DNA from: Acutalibacteraceae bacterium
Lineage (GTDB): Bacteria > Bacillota > Clostridia > Oscillospirales > Acutalibacteraceae
Length of the DNA stretch: 64,000 nucleotides
NCBI GenBank assembly: GCA_045637925.1
Contig: JAZUAL010000035.1
Span: 25,390 to 89,389, forward strand
Direction: 5' to 3'
Under the pieces are notes generated by a model. That model did no database searches. It saw only the letters and a program-made list of their open reading frames with translations, and was not told where the DNA came from. Positions 16,752 to 26,817 of the stretch are shown here, one piece after another. Every line of letters starts with the position of its first letter. Position 1 is the stretch's first letter. The translations under genes and the position numbers were made by a program.

Positions 16752-16790
16752 CGCCTAACAGAATTTTCTGTTAGGCGCTTTCTTATTTGT
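16752..16790. terminator. intrinsic terminator between convergent pnp and the ABC transporter gene
   Basis: CGCCTAACAG (16752-16761) pairs with CTGTTAGGCG (16768-16777) around an AATTTT loop. The tail is CTTTCTTATTT. Confidence 0.8.
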
Positions 16791-16799
16791 AGTTAGCTT

Positions 16800-19418
16800 T
16801 TATTCAGTTCTAAGTGCGGTGACCGGGTCTTTTTTAGCTGCAACTTTTGAGGGGAATAGACCTGCGATAAATGTTAGCAACATACTTATTCCTATAAGAA
16901 TAACCGCCGCAACAGTTGGTAGCTTTGCTAAACCGCTGATATCTGTAACTGCTAATATAATTGCATTAATTGGTATTAATAAAATAAGCGTTACTAATAT
17001 TCCAAGCGCACCTGCAACAAAACCTACGATTAAGGTTTCGGCATTGAAAACTCTGGATATATCTCGTTTTGAAGCACCCATGGCACGCAAAATACCAATT
17101 TCCTTAGTTCTTTCAAGCACCGATATATAGGTTATAATTCCAATCATAATAGAAGAAACTATAAGCGAAATGCTTACAAAAGCTATAAGAATATAGCTGA
17201 TTGCGTTTATAATTGTTGTGACGGAAGACATCATAAGACCGATATAATCGGTATAGGTTATTTCTTCACCGTCAGTTGCTTTATCGTTATATTCTTTGAT
17301 AAGATCAGAGATACTGTCTTTAGCTTCGAAATCCCTTGGGTATATATTTATAACGGTTGGGTTTGCAAGGTCTGAGACACCCATAAGCGCTAAATTGCTT
17401 TCAAGTGTGGCAGAAGTATTTTGTGAAGAAAGGGCTTTTTTAAAAAACTCGGTGATTTCTTGTTCATTTTTTCCTTGTGATTTCATTTGTCCGATATATG
17501 CTGTGTATTCGGACTGTTCTTTTTGAGGCAAGGTCATTATATATTGCTGTAGCTGTTCGAAGGTTAGATTTTCAAAATTGTTTTCGAACGGTCTGCCTGT
17601 GAAAGCGTTGATATTTTCGTTTTCTTTTTGGTATTTAACAATTTCACTGCTATTCACAGAGGTTATAAGCCTTTCCATAAGCTCCTTTTTATAACCGATA
17701 TAGCCACTGGTTTGGGTGCTTACGGTACTTTCAGCAGGCTTCAAAATACCAACAACTTTAATTTCTTCTGCATTTTCAAGCATTTTTTGAACATAAATAG
17801 GGTCATTTGTCTTGTCGGTCCAAATGTTATTTTCGCCCTTTTCGAAGTAATCACTGTTAACAAGTAACTTGAACTTAAGCTTTAATATTTGGTCGTATGT
17901 GTAAGAGGTCTTTTTTGTCGCTTCTATTTTTTCACCCTTTTTTGCTTTTTCTATCATTTCGGTAAGCTCATTTTGGTCCTTAAGACCTAAAGAATATAGG
18001 GTGTAATCACTGATTTGATGGTTGCGGTTAACTATTAAAACAACCTCGTTGTATTTTTTCGGCAGTCTGCCTGAGATAACTTCGTACTGAGATTCAAGAT
18101 ATTCCTTATCGTCAAAAAGCTGATTCCAGACCTCTGTGTTCATAAAGGGGCCTGAGGAGGCAGAAGCCATACCGGTGGTTTCTACATTAGTACCCATCTG
18201 AGACATCATATTTGTAAAAATCTGATTTGGGTTAATGTGAACACCTTCCTCAGTGTAAATGTTCATGGGTGTTGAATAACCGTATTGTATTTCGGTTGTA
18301 TATTCATTAAAGGCATCAGTTTTATCAATATGCTTTTTAAAGGCTTCAAGATTGTTAGCAGAAATACCGTTTATCATTGTCGACATCATTTCGGTCATAA
18401 TGTTTTGAGAATATATTTTATCAGTGCTTTTATCATCTGCTTCCTTTTCTTCGCCCATAAGGTCATTTGCAAGACCGGACATATCCATTCCGGCTTGTTC
18501 TATGGTTATAGGATAGCTTGAAAGGGTTTCCTCCTCTACCTGTCGTATATAAGCGTTCACACCGTTTGAAAGCGAAAGGATAAGGGCAATACCGATAATT
18601 CCTATAGATCCTGCAAAAGAAGTCAAAAAAGTGCGCGCCTTTTTGGTCATAAGGTTGTTGAGTGATAGACAGAGGGCTGTTATAAATGACATTGACGGTT
18701 TTTTGCTGGTCCTCTTTTTATCAATGCTTTCCTCTTCGGACGAATAAGGGGATGTATCATCGGTAACATTACCGTCTAAAAGACGGATAATTCGTGTGGA
18801 GTATTTCTCGGCAAGCTCAGGGTTGTGGGTGACCATTATTACTAATTTATCCTTAGCAATTTCCTTTAAAAGCTCCATGATTTGTAGAGAGGTTTCGCTG
18901 TCAAGTGCGCCTGTTGGCTCATCTGCTAGAAGTATATCGGGGTTGTTTACGAGTGCACGCGCAATAGCTACACGTTGCATCTGACCCCCCGACATTTGAT
19001 TTGGCTTTTTATTAAGTTGGTCAGCAAGACCAACCTTTTCTAGCGCCTCAATCGCTTTTTTATGGCGTTCTTCAGACTTTATACCCGAAAGGGTTAGTGC
19101 CAATTCAACATTGGAAAGTACGGTTTGATGTGGGATAAGATTGTAGCTTTGGAAAATAAAGCCTATTGTATGATTTCGGTAATTATCCCAATCACCGTCA
19201 CGGTAAAGCTTGGTTGATTTCCCGTTTATAAAAAGGTCGCCGTCGGTATATCGGTCAAGACCGCCAATAATATTGAGTAGGGTGGTTTTTCCACAACCTG
19301 ACGGACCTAAAATCGACACAAATTCATTCTCTCTGAATTCTAGATTAACACCCTTTAGAGCTTCAACCGTTGTATCACCTATAGGATACTTCTTAGTGAT
19401 GTTTTTTAATTTAAGCAT
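16800..19418 (-). CDS. fused ABC transporter ATP-binding/FtsX-type permease protein (MacB-like)
   Basis: The 872-aa ORF has an N-terminal NBD with Walker A GPSGCGKTT, signature LSGGQMQRVAIARAL and Walker B ILLADEPT. This is followed by TM1, an extracytoplasmic domain of about 450 aa, and a C-terminal FtsX 3-TM bundle (ERTKEIGILRAMGASKRDI). Confidence 0.85.
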   Translation of the reverse strand: MLKLKNITKKYPIGDTTVEALKGVNLEFRENEFVSILGPSGCGKTTLLNIIGGLDRYTDGDLFINGKSTKLYRDGDWDNYRNHTIGFIFQSYNLIPHQTVLSNVELALTLSGIKSEERHKKAIEALEKVGLADQLNKKPNQMSGGQMQRVAIARALVNNPDILLADEPTGALDSETSLQIMELLKEIAKDKLVIMVTHNPELAEKYSTRIIRLLDGNVTDDTSPYSSEEESIDKKRTSKKPSMSFITALCLSLNNLMTKKARTFLTSFAGSIGIIGIALILSLSNGVNAYIRQVEEETLSSYPITIEQAGMDMSGLANDLMGEEKEADDKSTDKIYSQNIMTEMMSTMINGISANNLEAFKKHIDKTDAFNEYTTEIQYGYSTPMNIYTEEGVHINPNQIFTNMMSQMGTNVETTGMASASSGPFMNTEVWNQLFDDKEYLESQYEVISGRLPKKYNEVVLIVNRNHQISDYTLYSLGLKDQNELTEMIEKAKKGEKIEATKKTSYTYDQILKLKFKLLVNSDYFEKGENNIWTDKTNDPIYVQKMLENAEEIKVVGILKPAESTVSTQTSGYIGYKKELMERLITSVNSSEIVKYQKENENINAFTGRPFENNFENLTFEQLQQYIMTLPQKEQSEYTAYIGQMKSQGKNEQEITEFFKKALSSQNTSATLESNLALMGVSDLANPTVINIYPRDFEAKDSISDLIKEYNDKATDGEEITYTDYIGLMMSSVTTIINAISYILIAFVSISLIVSSIMIGIITYISVLERTKEIGILRAMGASKRDISRVFNAETLIVGFVAGALGILVTLILLIPINAIILAVTDISGLAKLPTVAAVILIGISMLLTFIAGLFPSKVAAKKDPVTALRTE

Positions 19419-19513
19419 TAAATTACATATCCTCTCATAAATGGTATTTTAATAATATTATTATAACAACAAAATAATAACAAATTGTTAATTTTAGGAA
19501 AATTTTATAAAAC

Positions 19514-19540
19514 ATAAAAAAGCCGCTTTAAGCGGCTTTA
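19514..19540 (-). terminator. intrinsic terminator after the Na/Pi cotransporter gene
   Basis: The reverse strand reads AAAGCCGCTTAAAGCGGCTTTTTTATG, a GC stem followed by a T6 tail, immediately downstream of the stop at 19545. Confidence 0.8.
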
Positions 19541-19544
19541 AAAT

Positions 19545-21299
19545 TTATTTGATTTTATATTTGCTTTCGTACATATTATAGTCGTCAACAAATCTGCCAG
19601 TTTCTGAGTGTTTAATACGGTTAAGATATTTGTGGGCATCAAGCATATCTGTTGGCAACTGCATAGTGTAAACCGCGATATTTGAGCAATGGTCCGAAAC
19701 ACGCTCGTAGTTGGTTAAAAGGTCGGTAAAAATAAAACCGAGTTCAATAGTGCAGTCGTTATTCTGTAGTCTGTTAATATGCTTTTCTTTGAGCTGCTTT
19801 TTAATTTTATCAATAACCTGTTCAAGAGGCTCAACATGTGAAGATATTTCAACGTCATCATTTATAAATGAGTTTGTCGTCATAGTGATAATTTCAGTAA
19901 CAGCATCTGCCATAACCGAAAGCTCTTTTAAGGCATCATTAGAGAAAGAAATATTCTTTTCGTGCATTTCTTCTGCTAGCTTTGCAATACTTAGGGCATG
20001 GTCACAAATGCGCTCGAAATCACCGATACTGTGAAGCATACGGGCTACCGAGTGAGAATTATTTTCGCTGAGCTCACCGTTGCTAAGTCTTACAAGATAA
20101 GTGCCAAGCTTGTCCTCGTATTTATCGGTAAGAGTTTCTGTTTCGCGGATATACTGTACCGTTTCGGCGTTGTATTCTGAAATGAGAGCGATTGATTTTA
20201 AAAGAGCATCCTTTGAATATTCGGCCATTTCAGAAGATAATCGGTGACATTCTGATATAGCAAAGGGAGCGTTGTGGAAAATACGCTCGTCCAGAAATAC
20301 GGTATGAATTTGTTGCTCCTCTTTTTTAGGAACAACAAGCTCACAGAATTTAATTAATAGCTTTTTAATGGGGAGTAAAACGATAGTTGTTACTACATTA
20401 AACATAGTATGAACAATCGCAACACCAACCATTGTAATTTCGGCGGCAAGTAAAGTGATTTCAAATGCACGCATAGCATACATAATTATCATACAAATGA
20501 GAGAACCGAAAACATTAACCGAGAAGTGCATAACAACAACGCGTTTTGCATTTTTGTTGGTGCCCAAAGAGGAAATAAGAGCGGTGACACAGGTACCGAT
20601 GTTAGCACCGAGCACTAAAGGAATAGCCATTTCCCAAGTGATTCCGCCTGACAGCGCTAATGCCTGAACAATACCGATAGTAGCTGCAGAGGACTGTATA
20701 ACACCTGTAAATATTGTAGAAATAAGAAGGGCTAATACAGGGCTTTTGAGGGTTGCTAAAAAGGTGTCAAATCCATCTAAGGTACGGACCGATTTCATAG
20801 AGTCACTCATAAGCTCCATACCGAACATAAGGATTGCAAAACCAATAAAAATGATTGCTAAATTCTGTTTTTTATTGGAACTGCCAACCATTTTAAGAAT
20901 AATACCTATAAAAGCAAGGATTGGAGCGAAGGTCATAGGCTGCAAAAGTGTGATAAAGAAATTACCTTCACCGATACCTGCAAGGCTCAAAAGCCAGGCA
21001 GTAAGTGTTGTTCCGACATTAGAGCCCATTATCATACCAAAGGTATTAGAAAACTCTAAAATACCCGAGTTTACAAGACCTACGAGCATTACGGTAAAGG
21101 CGGAAGAGGACTGAATGGCAACTGTGATTCCGGCACCTAAAAAGAAGCCTACAAAGTCGTTAGAGGTTACTTTGTTCATAACCCTTTCAAGACCGCCACC
21201 AGCCATCTGCTCAAGACCGCCGGACATTGCACTCATACCATACATAAAGAAGGCAAGACCGCCAAGCAGCATTGCTGTCATAGTTAAAATTTGTGTCAT
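19545..21299 (-). CDS. Na/Pi cotransporter family protein with a C-terminal PhoU-like domain
   Basis: The 584-aa ORF has a duplicated Na_Pi_cotrans membrane repeat (QSSSAFTVMLVGL... and IQSSAATIGIVQAL). The cytoplasmic C-terminal half has PhoU-type helices (IGDFERICDHALSIA, YERVSDHCSNIA). Confidence 0.85.
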   Translation of the reverse strand: MTQILTMTAMLLGGLAFFMYGMSAMSGGLEQMAGGGLERVMNKVTSNDFVGFFLGAGITVAIQSSSAFTVMLVGLVNSGILEFSNTFGMIMGSNVGTTLTAWLLSLAGIGEGNFFITLLQPMTFAPILAFIGIILKMVGSSNKKQNLAIIFIGFAILMFGMELMSDSMKSVRTLDGFDTFLATLKSPVLALLISTIFTGVIQSSAATIGIVQALALSGGITWEMAIPLVLGANIGTCVTALISSLGTNKNAKRVVVMHFSVNVFGSLICMIIMYAMRAFEITLLAAEITMVGVAIVHTMFNVVTTIVLLPIKKLLIKFCELVVPKKEEQQIHTVFLDERIFHNAPFAISECHRLSSEMAEYSKDALLKSIALISEYNAETVQYIRETETLTDKYEDKLGTYLVRLSNGELSENNSHSVARMLHSIGDFERICDHALSIAKLAEEMHEKNISFSNDALKELSVMADAVTEIITMTTNSFINDDVEISSHVEPLEQVIDKIKKQLKEKHINRLQNNDCTIELGFIFTDLLTNYERVSDHCSNIAVYTMQLPTDMLDAHKYLNRIKHSETGRFVDDYNMYESKYKIK

Positions 21300-21345
21300 A
21301 CTGTTATCTCCTGTTCTCCAAGTTCCACATAAATTTACCTATATT

Positions 21346-22737
21346 TTAAAATTCTATTGCTTTTTCGATATATTCCTTAAGGTCTGCAATCGGAATACGC
21401 TTTTGTTCCATAGTGTCGCGGTCACGAACTGTAACGCAGTTATCCTCTAAGGAATCAAAGTCATAAGTGATACATATGGGCGTACCGATTTCGTCCTCTC
21501 TGCGATAACGCTTACCGATAGAACCGGCATCGTCGAAGTCTATTGTAAAGTATTTAGAAAGTTCGGTATAAACCTCAGTGGCTTTATCTGAAAGCTTTTT
21601 GGAAAGGGGAAGAACTGCTGCCTTAAAGGGAGCGAGAGCAGGGTGGAAGTGCATAACAACACGTGTATCGCCCTTTTCATCGGTCTCCTCATCGTAAGCG
21701 TTGCAGAGGAATGCCAAGAGCACACGGTCAGCACCAAGAGATGGCTCAATAACATAAGGAACGTATTTTTCGTTGGTTTCGGGGTCAAAGTATTCCATAG
21801 CTTCACCTGAGTGGTTGCTGTGCTGAGTAAGGTCATAATCCGTACGGTCAGCAACACCCCATAATTCACCCCAACCGAATGGGAATAAGAACTCAAAGTC
21901 GGTTGTGGCTTTAGAATAGAAGCAAAGCTCGTCTTTATCGTGGTCGCGAAGTCTGAGGCTTTCCTCATCCATACCAAGATTCAGCAACCAATCTCGGCAG
22001 TATGAACGCCAAAAATCAAACCATTCGAGGTCTGTGCCGGGTTTGCAGAAGAATTCGAGTTCCATCTGTTCAAACTCACGGATACGGAAAATAAAGTTAC
22101 CGGGTGTAATTTCGTTGCGGAAAGATTTGCCAATCTGTGCTACACCGAAAGGAACCTTTTTTCTTGTTGTGCGCGCAATATTTTTAAAGTTTACAAATAT
22201 GCCCTGTGCGGTTTCAGGACGAAGATAAAGGGTAGAGGTGCTATCCTCAGTAACGCCCTGAAAGGTTTTAAACATAAGATTGAATTTTCTAATATCTGTA
22301 AAATCGGTAGAATCGCAATGAGGACAGCTGATGCCGTGCTCACGGATGTAGCTCATCATTTCCTCATCACTCATAGCGGCAGGGTTATCGGAAAGACCGT
22401 TTTCTGCAACATAATCTTCGATAAGCTTGTCAGCTCTGTGACGGGTTTTACAATTCTTACAGTCCATAAGCGGATCAGAGAAACCGCCAAGATGACCTGA
22501 TGCTACCCAAGTTTCAGGATTCATAAGTATAGCGCTGTCAAGTCCGACATTATAAGGGCACTCCTGAACAAACTTTTTCCACCAAGCCTTTTTAATGTTG
22601 TTTTTAAGTTCAACGCCTAAAGGGCCATAGTCCCAAGAGTTTGCAAGACCGCCGTAAATTTCACTACGGGGATAAACAAAGCCTCTGCCTTTAGCAAGGG
22701 CTACAATAGTTTCCATATTCTTTTCTGCGTTTTTCAA
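21346..22737 (-). CDS. glyQS: glycine--tRNA ligase (homodimeric type)
   Basis: [43 protein letters not shown] and the class II motifs ([29 protein letters not shown]) are present. I moved the start to the TTG at 22737, which has GGAGGAG 6 nt upstream. The track start at 22806 would lie inside the promoter. Confidence 0.9.
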   Translation of the reverse strand: MKNAEKNMETIVALAKGRGFVYPRSEIYGGLANSWDYGPLGVELKNNIKKAWWKKFVQECPYNVGLDSAILMNPETWVASGHLGGFSDPLMDCKNCKTRHRADKLIEDYVAENGLSDNPAAMSDEEMMSYIREHGISCPHCDSTDFTDIRKFNLMFKTFQGVTEDSTSTLYLRPETAQGIFVNFKNIARTTRKKVPFGVAQIGKSFRNEITPGNFIFRIREFEQMELEFFCKPGTDLEWFDFWRSYCRDWLLNLGMDEESLRLRDHDKDELCFYSKATTDFEFLFPFGWGELWGVADRTDYDLTQHSNHSGEAMEYFDPETNEKYVPYVIEPSLGADRVLLAFLCNAYDEETDEKGDTRVVMHFHPALAPFKAAVLPLSKKLSDKATEVYTELSKYFTIDFDDAGSIGKRYRREDEIGTPICITYDFDSLEDNCVTVRDRDTMEQKRIPIADLKEYIEKAIEF

Positions 22738-22774
22738 AGTAATCTCCTCCAAAAGCCAATTTCCTACAAATATA

Positions 22775-22803
22775 ATATTACAGAAAAAACTGCCAAAAGT
22801 CAA
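22775..22803 (-). promoter_or_regulatory. glyQS promoter candidate
   Basis: The reverse strand reads TTGACT (22803-22798), 17 nt, TAATAT (22780-22775). This leaves only about 30 nt of leader. Confidence 0.55.
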
Positions 22804-22816
22804 CAAATTAATTGGC

Positions 22817-22845
22817 TTGACATATTAATTTATATGGTTTATACT
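22817..22845 (+). promoter_or_regulatory. promoter candidate for the small ORF at 22950
   Basis: TTGACA (22817-22822), 17 nt, TATACT (22840-22845). Confidence 0.55.
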
Positions 22846-22949
22846 TATTTTATATATACGCAAGGGGTAATTTTATTATTGATAGCCAAATTCCTTGTTA
22901 CATTAGAAGTATTAAGCATAACAAACATCGAAAGGAAAGATAACAAAGT

Positions 22950-23231
22950 ATGTCAGAATTTTTAACCTATAAGGATAAGCCGCTTGTTCGTAGCGGTAAC
23001 GAAATTTATTACGGTGATATGGCAGAGCCTTATGTTATAAGACTTAATATCATCTCTGCTAAAACCGAGGGTGAAAAAGAGATGCCCGATAAGGTTAGTG
23101 TTCAGCTTTTAAAGAGTGATGTTAACCTTCCTGAAAAGGAGAGAATAGTTAAGGAAACTACTAAGAGCACAATGTTTGAGGCGCTAGACTTCGGTTTTGT
23201 CTGGCTTGACAGAGCATTAAAGGAAAAGTAA
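22950..23231 (+). CDS. hypothetical 93-aa protein (no family recognised)
   Basis: The ORF has an AAAGGAAAG SD-like sequence upstream, its own promoter and a strong terminator. It is hydrophilic and has no TM segment. Confidence 0.55.
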   Translation: MSEFLTYKDKPLVRSGNEIYYGDMAEPYVIRLNIISAKTEGEKEMPDKVSVQLLKSDVNLPEKERIVKETTKSTMFEALDFGFVWLDRALKEK

Positions 23232-23255
23232 TTCTAAATGTAATTTTAAATATAA

Positions 23256-23291
23256 CAGCCCCAAATGCCTATCATTTGGGGCTGTTGTTTT
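23256..23291. terminator. bidirectional intrinsic terminator
   Basis: A 12-bp stem: CAGCCCCAAATG (23256-23267) pairs with CATTTGGGGCTG (23273-23284). The tail is TTGTTTT. It lies between convergent genes. Confidence 0.85.
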
Positions 23292-23303
23292 AGGAAATAT
23301 TTA

Positions 23304-24434
23304 TTAATCATGCAAATATATTGTTCTTGAATTTCTGTGCATATAAACATTGAGCACGAAGCCAATACCAAAGAAAAGGCATAAGAGAGACGTACCGCCC
23401 GAAGAAAAGAAGGGGAGAGTTACACCGATTACGGGAAGCACCGAGGTGCACATACCTATGTTAATTACCGATTGTGCAAATAACATTGCGAAAATACCAA
23501 CACAAATATATTTGCCGCCATCGTTCTGACAAATTCGTGCAATTCTTATACATCTAAGGCAGATGGCTGAAAGCAGTAACACAACAACTATACAACCTAA
23601 AAAACCAAACTCTTCGCCGATGCTTGTGAAAATAAAGTCATTATGGCTTTCAGGAATAACACCAGCTTGCGTAAGGTCACCCTTTAAGAAGCCTTGACCG
23701 GTAAGTCCTCCGTTAGCAAGTGCCATTCTTCCGCGCCACTGCTGATATCCGATTTCTTTAATATCTGCGTTGATATCGAAAATAAGCTTGATACGCTTGC
23801 GGTGGTCATCATTCATAACAAAGAAATATATAAACGGCGAAGCCACAACTGCTGTGGAAAAGGCTAAAAGGAAATATTTCCAGCTAACCCCCGCCGACCA
23901 CATCATAAATAGCACCATTATAGCAAAAACAAGGGCTGTACCGTCGTCACCCTGAAAGTGTATCAGAAGAACAGGTGCCGCACCGTGCAGACATACAGGT
24001 ATTAGGTTTTTAAGCTTATTTATGTTAGGCTTAATTTTTCTAAGATGAGTGGCAAATGTTATGATAAAACAAATTTTAAGAAGTTCAGACGGTTGAAAGG
24101 TAGTTATACCGAGGTCTAGCCAAGCCTTATCGTCAGTACCCTCAGGAGCAAATCCAATAAAAAAAGTAAGTATAACAGGGATAATACCTGCGGCGCCCAC
24201 TAAAAACCATTTTTCAAGAAATTCCTCATAGTCAATTGCTGATATAACCATTGCCGCAAAAATTCCCAGAAACATACAAAGTGTTTGCACAAAAACGGGA
24301 CGGTAGGTTTCCTTATAATATGTTGTAGAAAAAACCGCTATGCATCCAAAGGAAGAAGCAAAAAGACAAAGCAACAAAAGAATTTTATCCGACTCACGAA
24401 AAAAGTCAGCAATTCTTGACATTAAATGTCTCAT
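23304..24434 (-). CDS. FtsW/RodA/SpoVE (SEDS) family peptidoglycan glycosyltransferase
   Basis: The 376-aa polytopic membrane protein has SEDS motifs: QPSELLKI, GDDGTALV, PESHNDFIFTSIGEEFGF and LPFFSSGGTSL. Confidence 0.9.
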   Translation of the reverse strand: MRHLMSRIADFFRESDKILLLLCLFASSFGCIAVFSTTYYKETYRPVFVQTLCMFLGIFAAMVISAIDYEEFLEKWFLVGAAGIIPVILTFFIGFAPEGTDDKAWLDLGITTFQPSELLKICFIITFATHLRKIKPNINKLKNLIPVCLHGAAPVLLIHFQGDDGTALVFAIMVLFMMWSAGVSWKYFLLAFSTAVVASPFIYFFVMNDDHRKRIKLIFDINADIKEIGYQQWRGRMALANGGLTGQGFLKGDLTQAGVIPESHNDFIFTSIGEEFGFLGCIVVVLLLSAICLRCIRIARICQNDGGKYICVGIFAMLFAQSVINIGMCTSVLPVIGVTLPFFSSGGTSLLCLFFGIGFVLNVYMHRNSRTIYLHD

Positions 24435-24550
24435 TTATGCGCCTCCTAAATTAATTTATGATACTATTATATTTTATTTTTTAAAAATATTCAAGTAGGT
24501 CTTTAAAATTGTAAAAAAATGTGATACACTATATAAAGTGGTGATTAATA

Positions 24551-24985
24551 ATGGAGATTTATATATCAGAAAGCCCGATACATACCGAGCAGATTGCCAC
24601 CGAATTATCAAGTAAATTAAACGGTGGAGAAGTTATAGCCTTTAGAGGCGGTCTTGGAATGGGCAAAACATGTTTTACAAGAGGTCTTGCTTCGGGACTT
24701 GGTTACAAGGGTGAGGTAACCTCGCCAACCTTTGCTTTAATTAATGAATATATAGGTGGCAGATTGCCCGTATATCATTTTGATATGTATCGCATTTCTT
24801 CTTGGGATGAGCTTTATTCCTGCGGTTATTTTGAATATATAGAAGAGGGCGGAGTAGTTGTGGCAGAGTGGAGTGAGAACATAGAAAATGCTCTGCCTGA
24901 CAAGACGTGGTATGTAGAGTTTGAGCTGATTGATGAAAATAAGAGAAAAATCACAGTGTATAATAAAAAGGAAACTAAAAAATGA
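24551..24985 (+). CDS. tsaE: tRNA t6A37 biosynthesis ATPase TsaE
   Basis: 144 aa, with FRGGLGMGKTCFTRGL, SPTFALINEY and HFDMYRI. Confidence 0.9.
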   Translation: MEIYISESPIHTEQIATELSSKLNGGEVIAFRGGLGMGKTCFTRGLASGLGYKGEVTSPTFALINEYIGGRLPVYHFDMYRISSWDELYSCGYFEYIEEGGVVVAEWSENIENALPDKTWYVEFELIDENKRKITVYNKKETKK

Positions 24986-25698
24986 AAATATTAGCGATTG
25001 AGTGTTCATCAACAGCCTGTTCTGCGGCTGTTTTGGAAAACGAAAAAATTGTGGCTTCGGGATATGTCAATGTAAAACTAACTCATTCTCAAACCCTAAT
25101 GCCTATGGTAGAAAGCATATTAAAATCGTCTATGATTAATATAGGAGAAATAGACGGTTTTGCGGTTAGTGCGGGTCCTGGGTCTTTTACAGGTATTAGA
25201 ATAGGTATCAGTGCTGTTAAGGGTTTGGCAATACCGCAGAAGAAACCTTGTGTGGCGGTATCAACTTTACAGTCTATGGCGGTAAATTATCGCGATAGTG
25301 ACTGTATTGTTTGTGCTGTTATGGATGCCAGATGCAATCAGGTTTATAACGCTATTTTTGATGTGGAAGGTGGCAAAATAACCCGACTTTGCGAGGATAG
25401 AGCATTAATGTGCGATGAACTTGCCAAAAATTTAAAAAATATGTCGCAAAATGAGAAAAAGCGTGTTATAATAGTTGGCGACGGTGCAGAGTTGTTTTAT
25501 TCCTTTGTTGAAGAGCTTCAAAACGTTACTATTTCGGTGCCAGAACATAGGTATCAAAATGCGGTGGGTGTCGGTCTAGTAGCGTTGGATGAGTTTAAAA
25601 ACAATAAACACCAAACACCTGAGGAATTGCTACCGTTTTATTTAAGACTGCCTCAGGCAGAAAGAGAACTAAAACTTAAAAAGGAGCAAGGAAGATGA
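24982..25698 (+). CDS. tsaB: tRNA t6A37 biosynthesis protein TsaB
   Basis: 238 aa, with MKILAIECSSTACSAAV and GPGSFTGIRIGISAVKGLA. ATGA overlap with tsaE. Confidence 0.9.
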   Translation: MKILAIECSSTACSAAVLENEKIVASGYVNVKLTHSQTLMPMVESILKSSMINIGEIDGFAVSAGPGSFTGIRIGISAVKGLAIPQKKPCVAVSTLQSMAVNYRDSDCIVCAVMDARCNQVYNAIFDVEGGKITRLCEDRALMCDELAKNLKNMSQNEKKRVIIVGDGAELFYSFVEELQNVTISVPEHRYQNAVGVGLVALDEFKNNKHQTPEELLPFYLRLPQAERELKLKKEQGR

Positions 25699-26138
25699 AA
25701 ATTGCAGTAGGATGTGACCATGGCGGACTTGAACACAAAAATGCAATCGCTGAACATTTAAAAGAGAGAGGCTTTGAGGTTACCGATTACGGTATATATG
25801 AGCAGGTATCTGTTGATTACCCCGATATTGCTAAAAAGCTTTGTGCTAGTATTACAGCGGGCGAAAATGAGCTTGGAATTTTGGTCTGCGGAACAGGTAT
25901 CGGTATGTCAATTGCGGCAAATAAGATAAACGGTATCAGAGCGGCAGCTTGCAGCGAGCATTTCTCCGCAAAGTTTACCCGTCTTCATAACAATTCAAAT
26001 GTTCTATGTCTAGGCGGCAGAGTAATCGGTGTAGGTACAGCTGTAGAGCTTGCGGATTTGTTTGTTGATACCGAGTTTGAGGGCGGTCGCCATCAAACAA
26101 GAGTAGATAAAATTATGGAAATTGAGAGGGAAAATTAA
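25695..26138 (+). CDS. rpiB: ribose-5-phosphate isomerase B
   Basis: 147 aa, with [28 protein letters not shown], and [13 protein letters not shown]...F.GGRH. Confidence 0.92.
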   Translation: MKIAVGCDHGGLEHKNAIAEHLKERGFEVTDYGIYEQVSVDYPDIAKKLCASITAGENELGILVCGTGIGMSIAANKINGIRAAACSEHFSAKFTRLHNNSNVLCLGGRVIGVGTAVELADLFVDTEFEGGRHQTRVDKIMEIEREN

Positions 26139-26139
26139 A

Positions 26140-26772
26140 ATGAACGATAATGTTTTTGTAATGGACCATCCTTTAATTCAGCATAAGCTTACTATTTTAA
26201 GAAATGAAAAAACAGGTTCAAAGCAATTTCGTGAGCTTGTGAGTGAAATCGCAATGCTGATGTGCTATGAGTCAACAAGAGACTTACCGCTTAAGGAGGT
26301 TGAGACCAAAACTCCGCTTACGGTGGCTAAAACAAAGGTGCTTGCGGGCAGAAAGATGGCATTTGTGCCGATTTTAAGAGCAGGTCTTGGTATGGTTGAC
26401 GGTGTGTTAAGTCTTATTCCTGCTGCTAAGGTGGGTCATATCGGTATGTACCGTGACCCAGAAACACATATGCCTGTTGATTATTATTGCAAGCTTCCTG
26501 CCGACCTTCCTGAACGCGATGTTTTCGTGCTTGACCCGATGCTTGCTACGGGTGGCAGTGCTATTGATGCAGTTTCAAGAATTAAAGAATTTAATCCTAA
26601 AAGAATTAAGTTTATGTGCATAATTGCCGCCCCAGAAGGTATTGAGGCTTTCACGAAGGCGCATCCCGATGTTCCTGTTTACTGTGCAGGACTTGACGAC
26701 CATCTTAACGACCATTGCTATATAGTTCCAGGTCTCGGTGACGCAGGTGACCGTATATTCGGTACAAAATAA
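26140..26772 (+). CDS. upp: uracil phosphoribosyltransferase
   Basis: [27 protein letters not shown] and [16 protein letters not shown] are present. I moved the start to the ATG at 26140, just after the rpiB stop. Confidence 0.95.
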   Translation: MNDNVFVMDHPLIQHKLTILRNEKTGSKQFRELVSEIAMLMCYESTRDLPLKEVETKTPLTVAKTKVLAGRKMAFVPILRAGLGMVDGVLSLIPAAKVGHIGMYRDPETHMPVDYYCKLPADLPERDVFVLDPMLATGGSAIDAVSRIKEFNPKRIKFMCIIAAPEGIEAFTKAHPDVPVYCAGLDDHLNDHCYIVPGLGDAGDRIFGTK

Positions 26773-26785
26773 TTAAAAACAAAAT

Positions 26786-26817
26786 GCTGATTTCTTGATA
26801 GAAATCAGCGTTTTTTA
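26786..26817. terminator. bidirectional intrinsic terminator between upp and the rluA-family gene
   Basis: GCTGATTTC (26786-26794) pairs with GAAATCAGC (26801-26809). The tail is GTTTTTTATT and the left flank is A-rich. Confidence 0.8.

Noticed and set aside
22738-22816. I looked for a T-box riboswitch upstream of glyQS, which is the model T-box gene in Bacillus. I also looked upstream of leuS (57840).
   Set aside because: The glyQS promoter (22775-22803) leaves only about 30 nt of leader, and no T-box sequence is present. leuS starts 2 nt after rsfS, so it has no leader at all. The absence is noted but is not in itself a feature.
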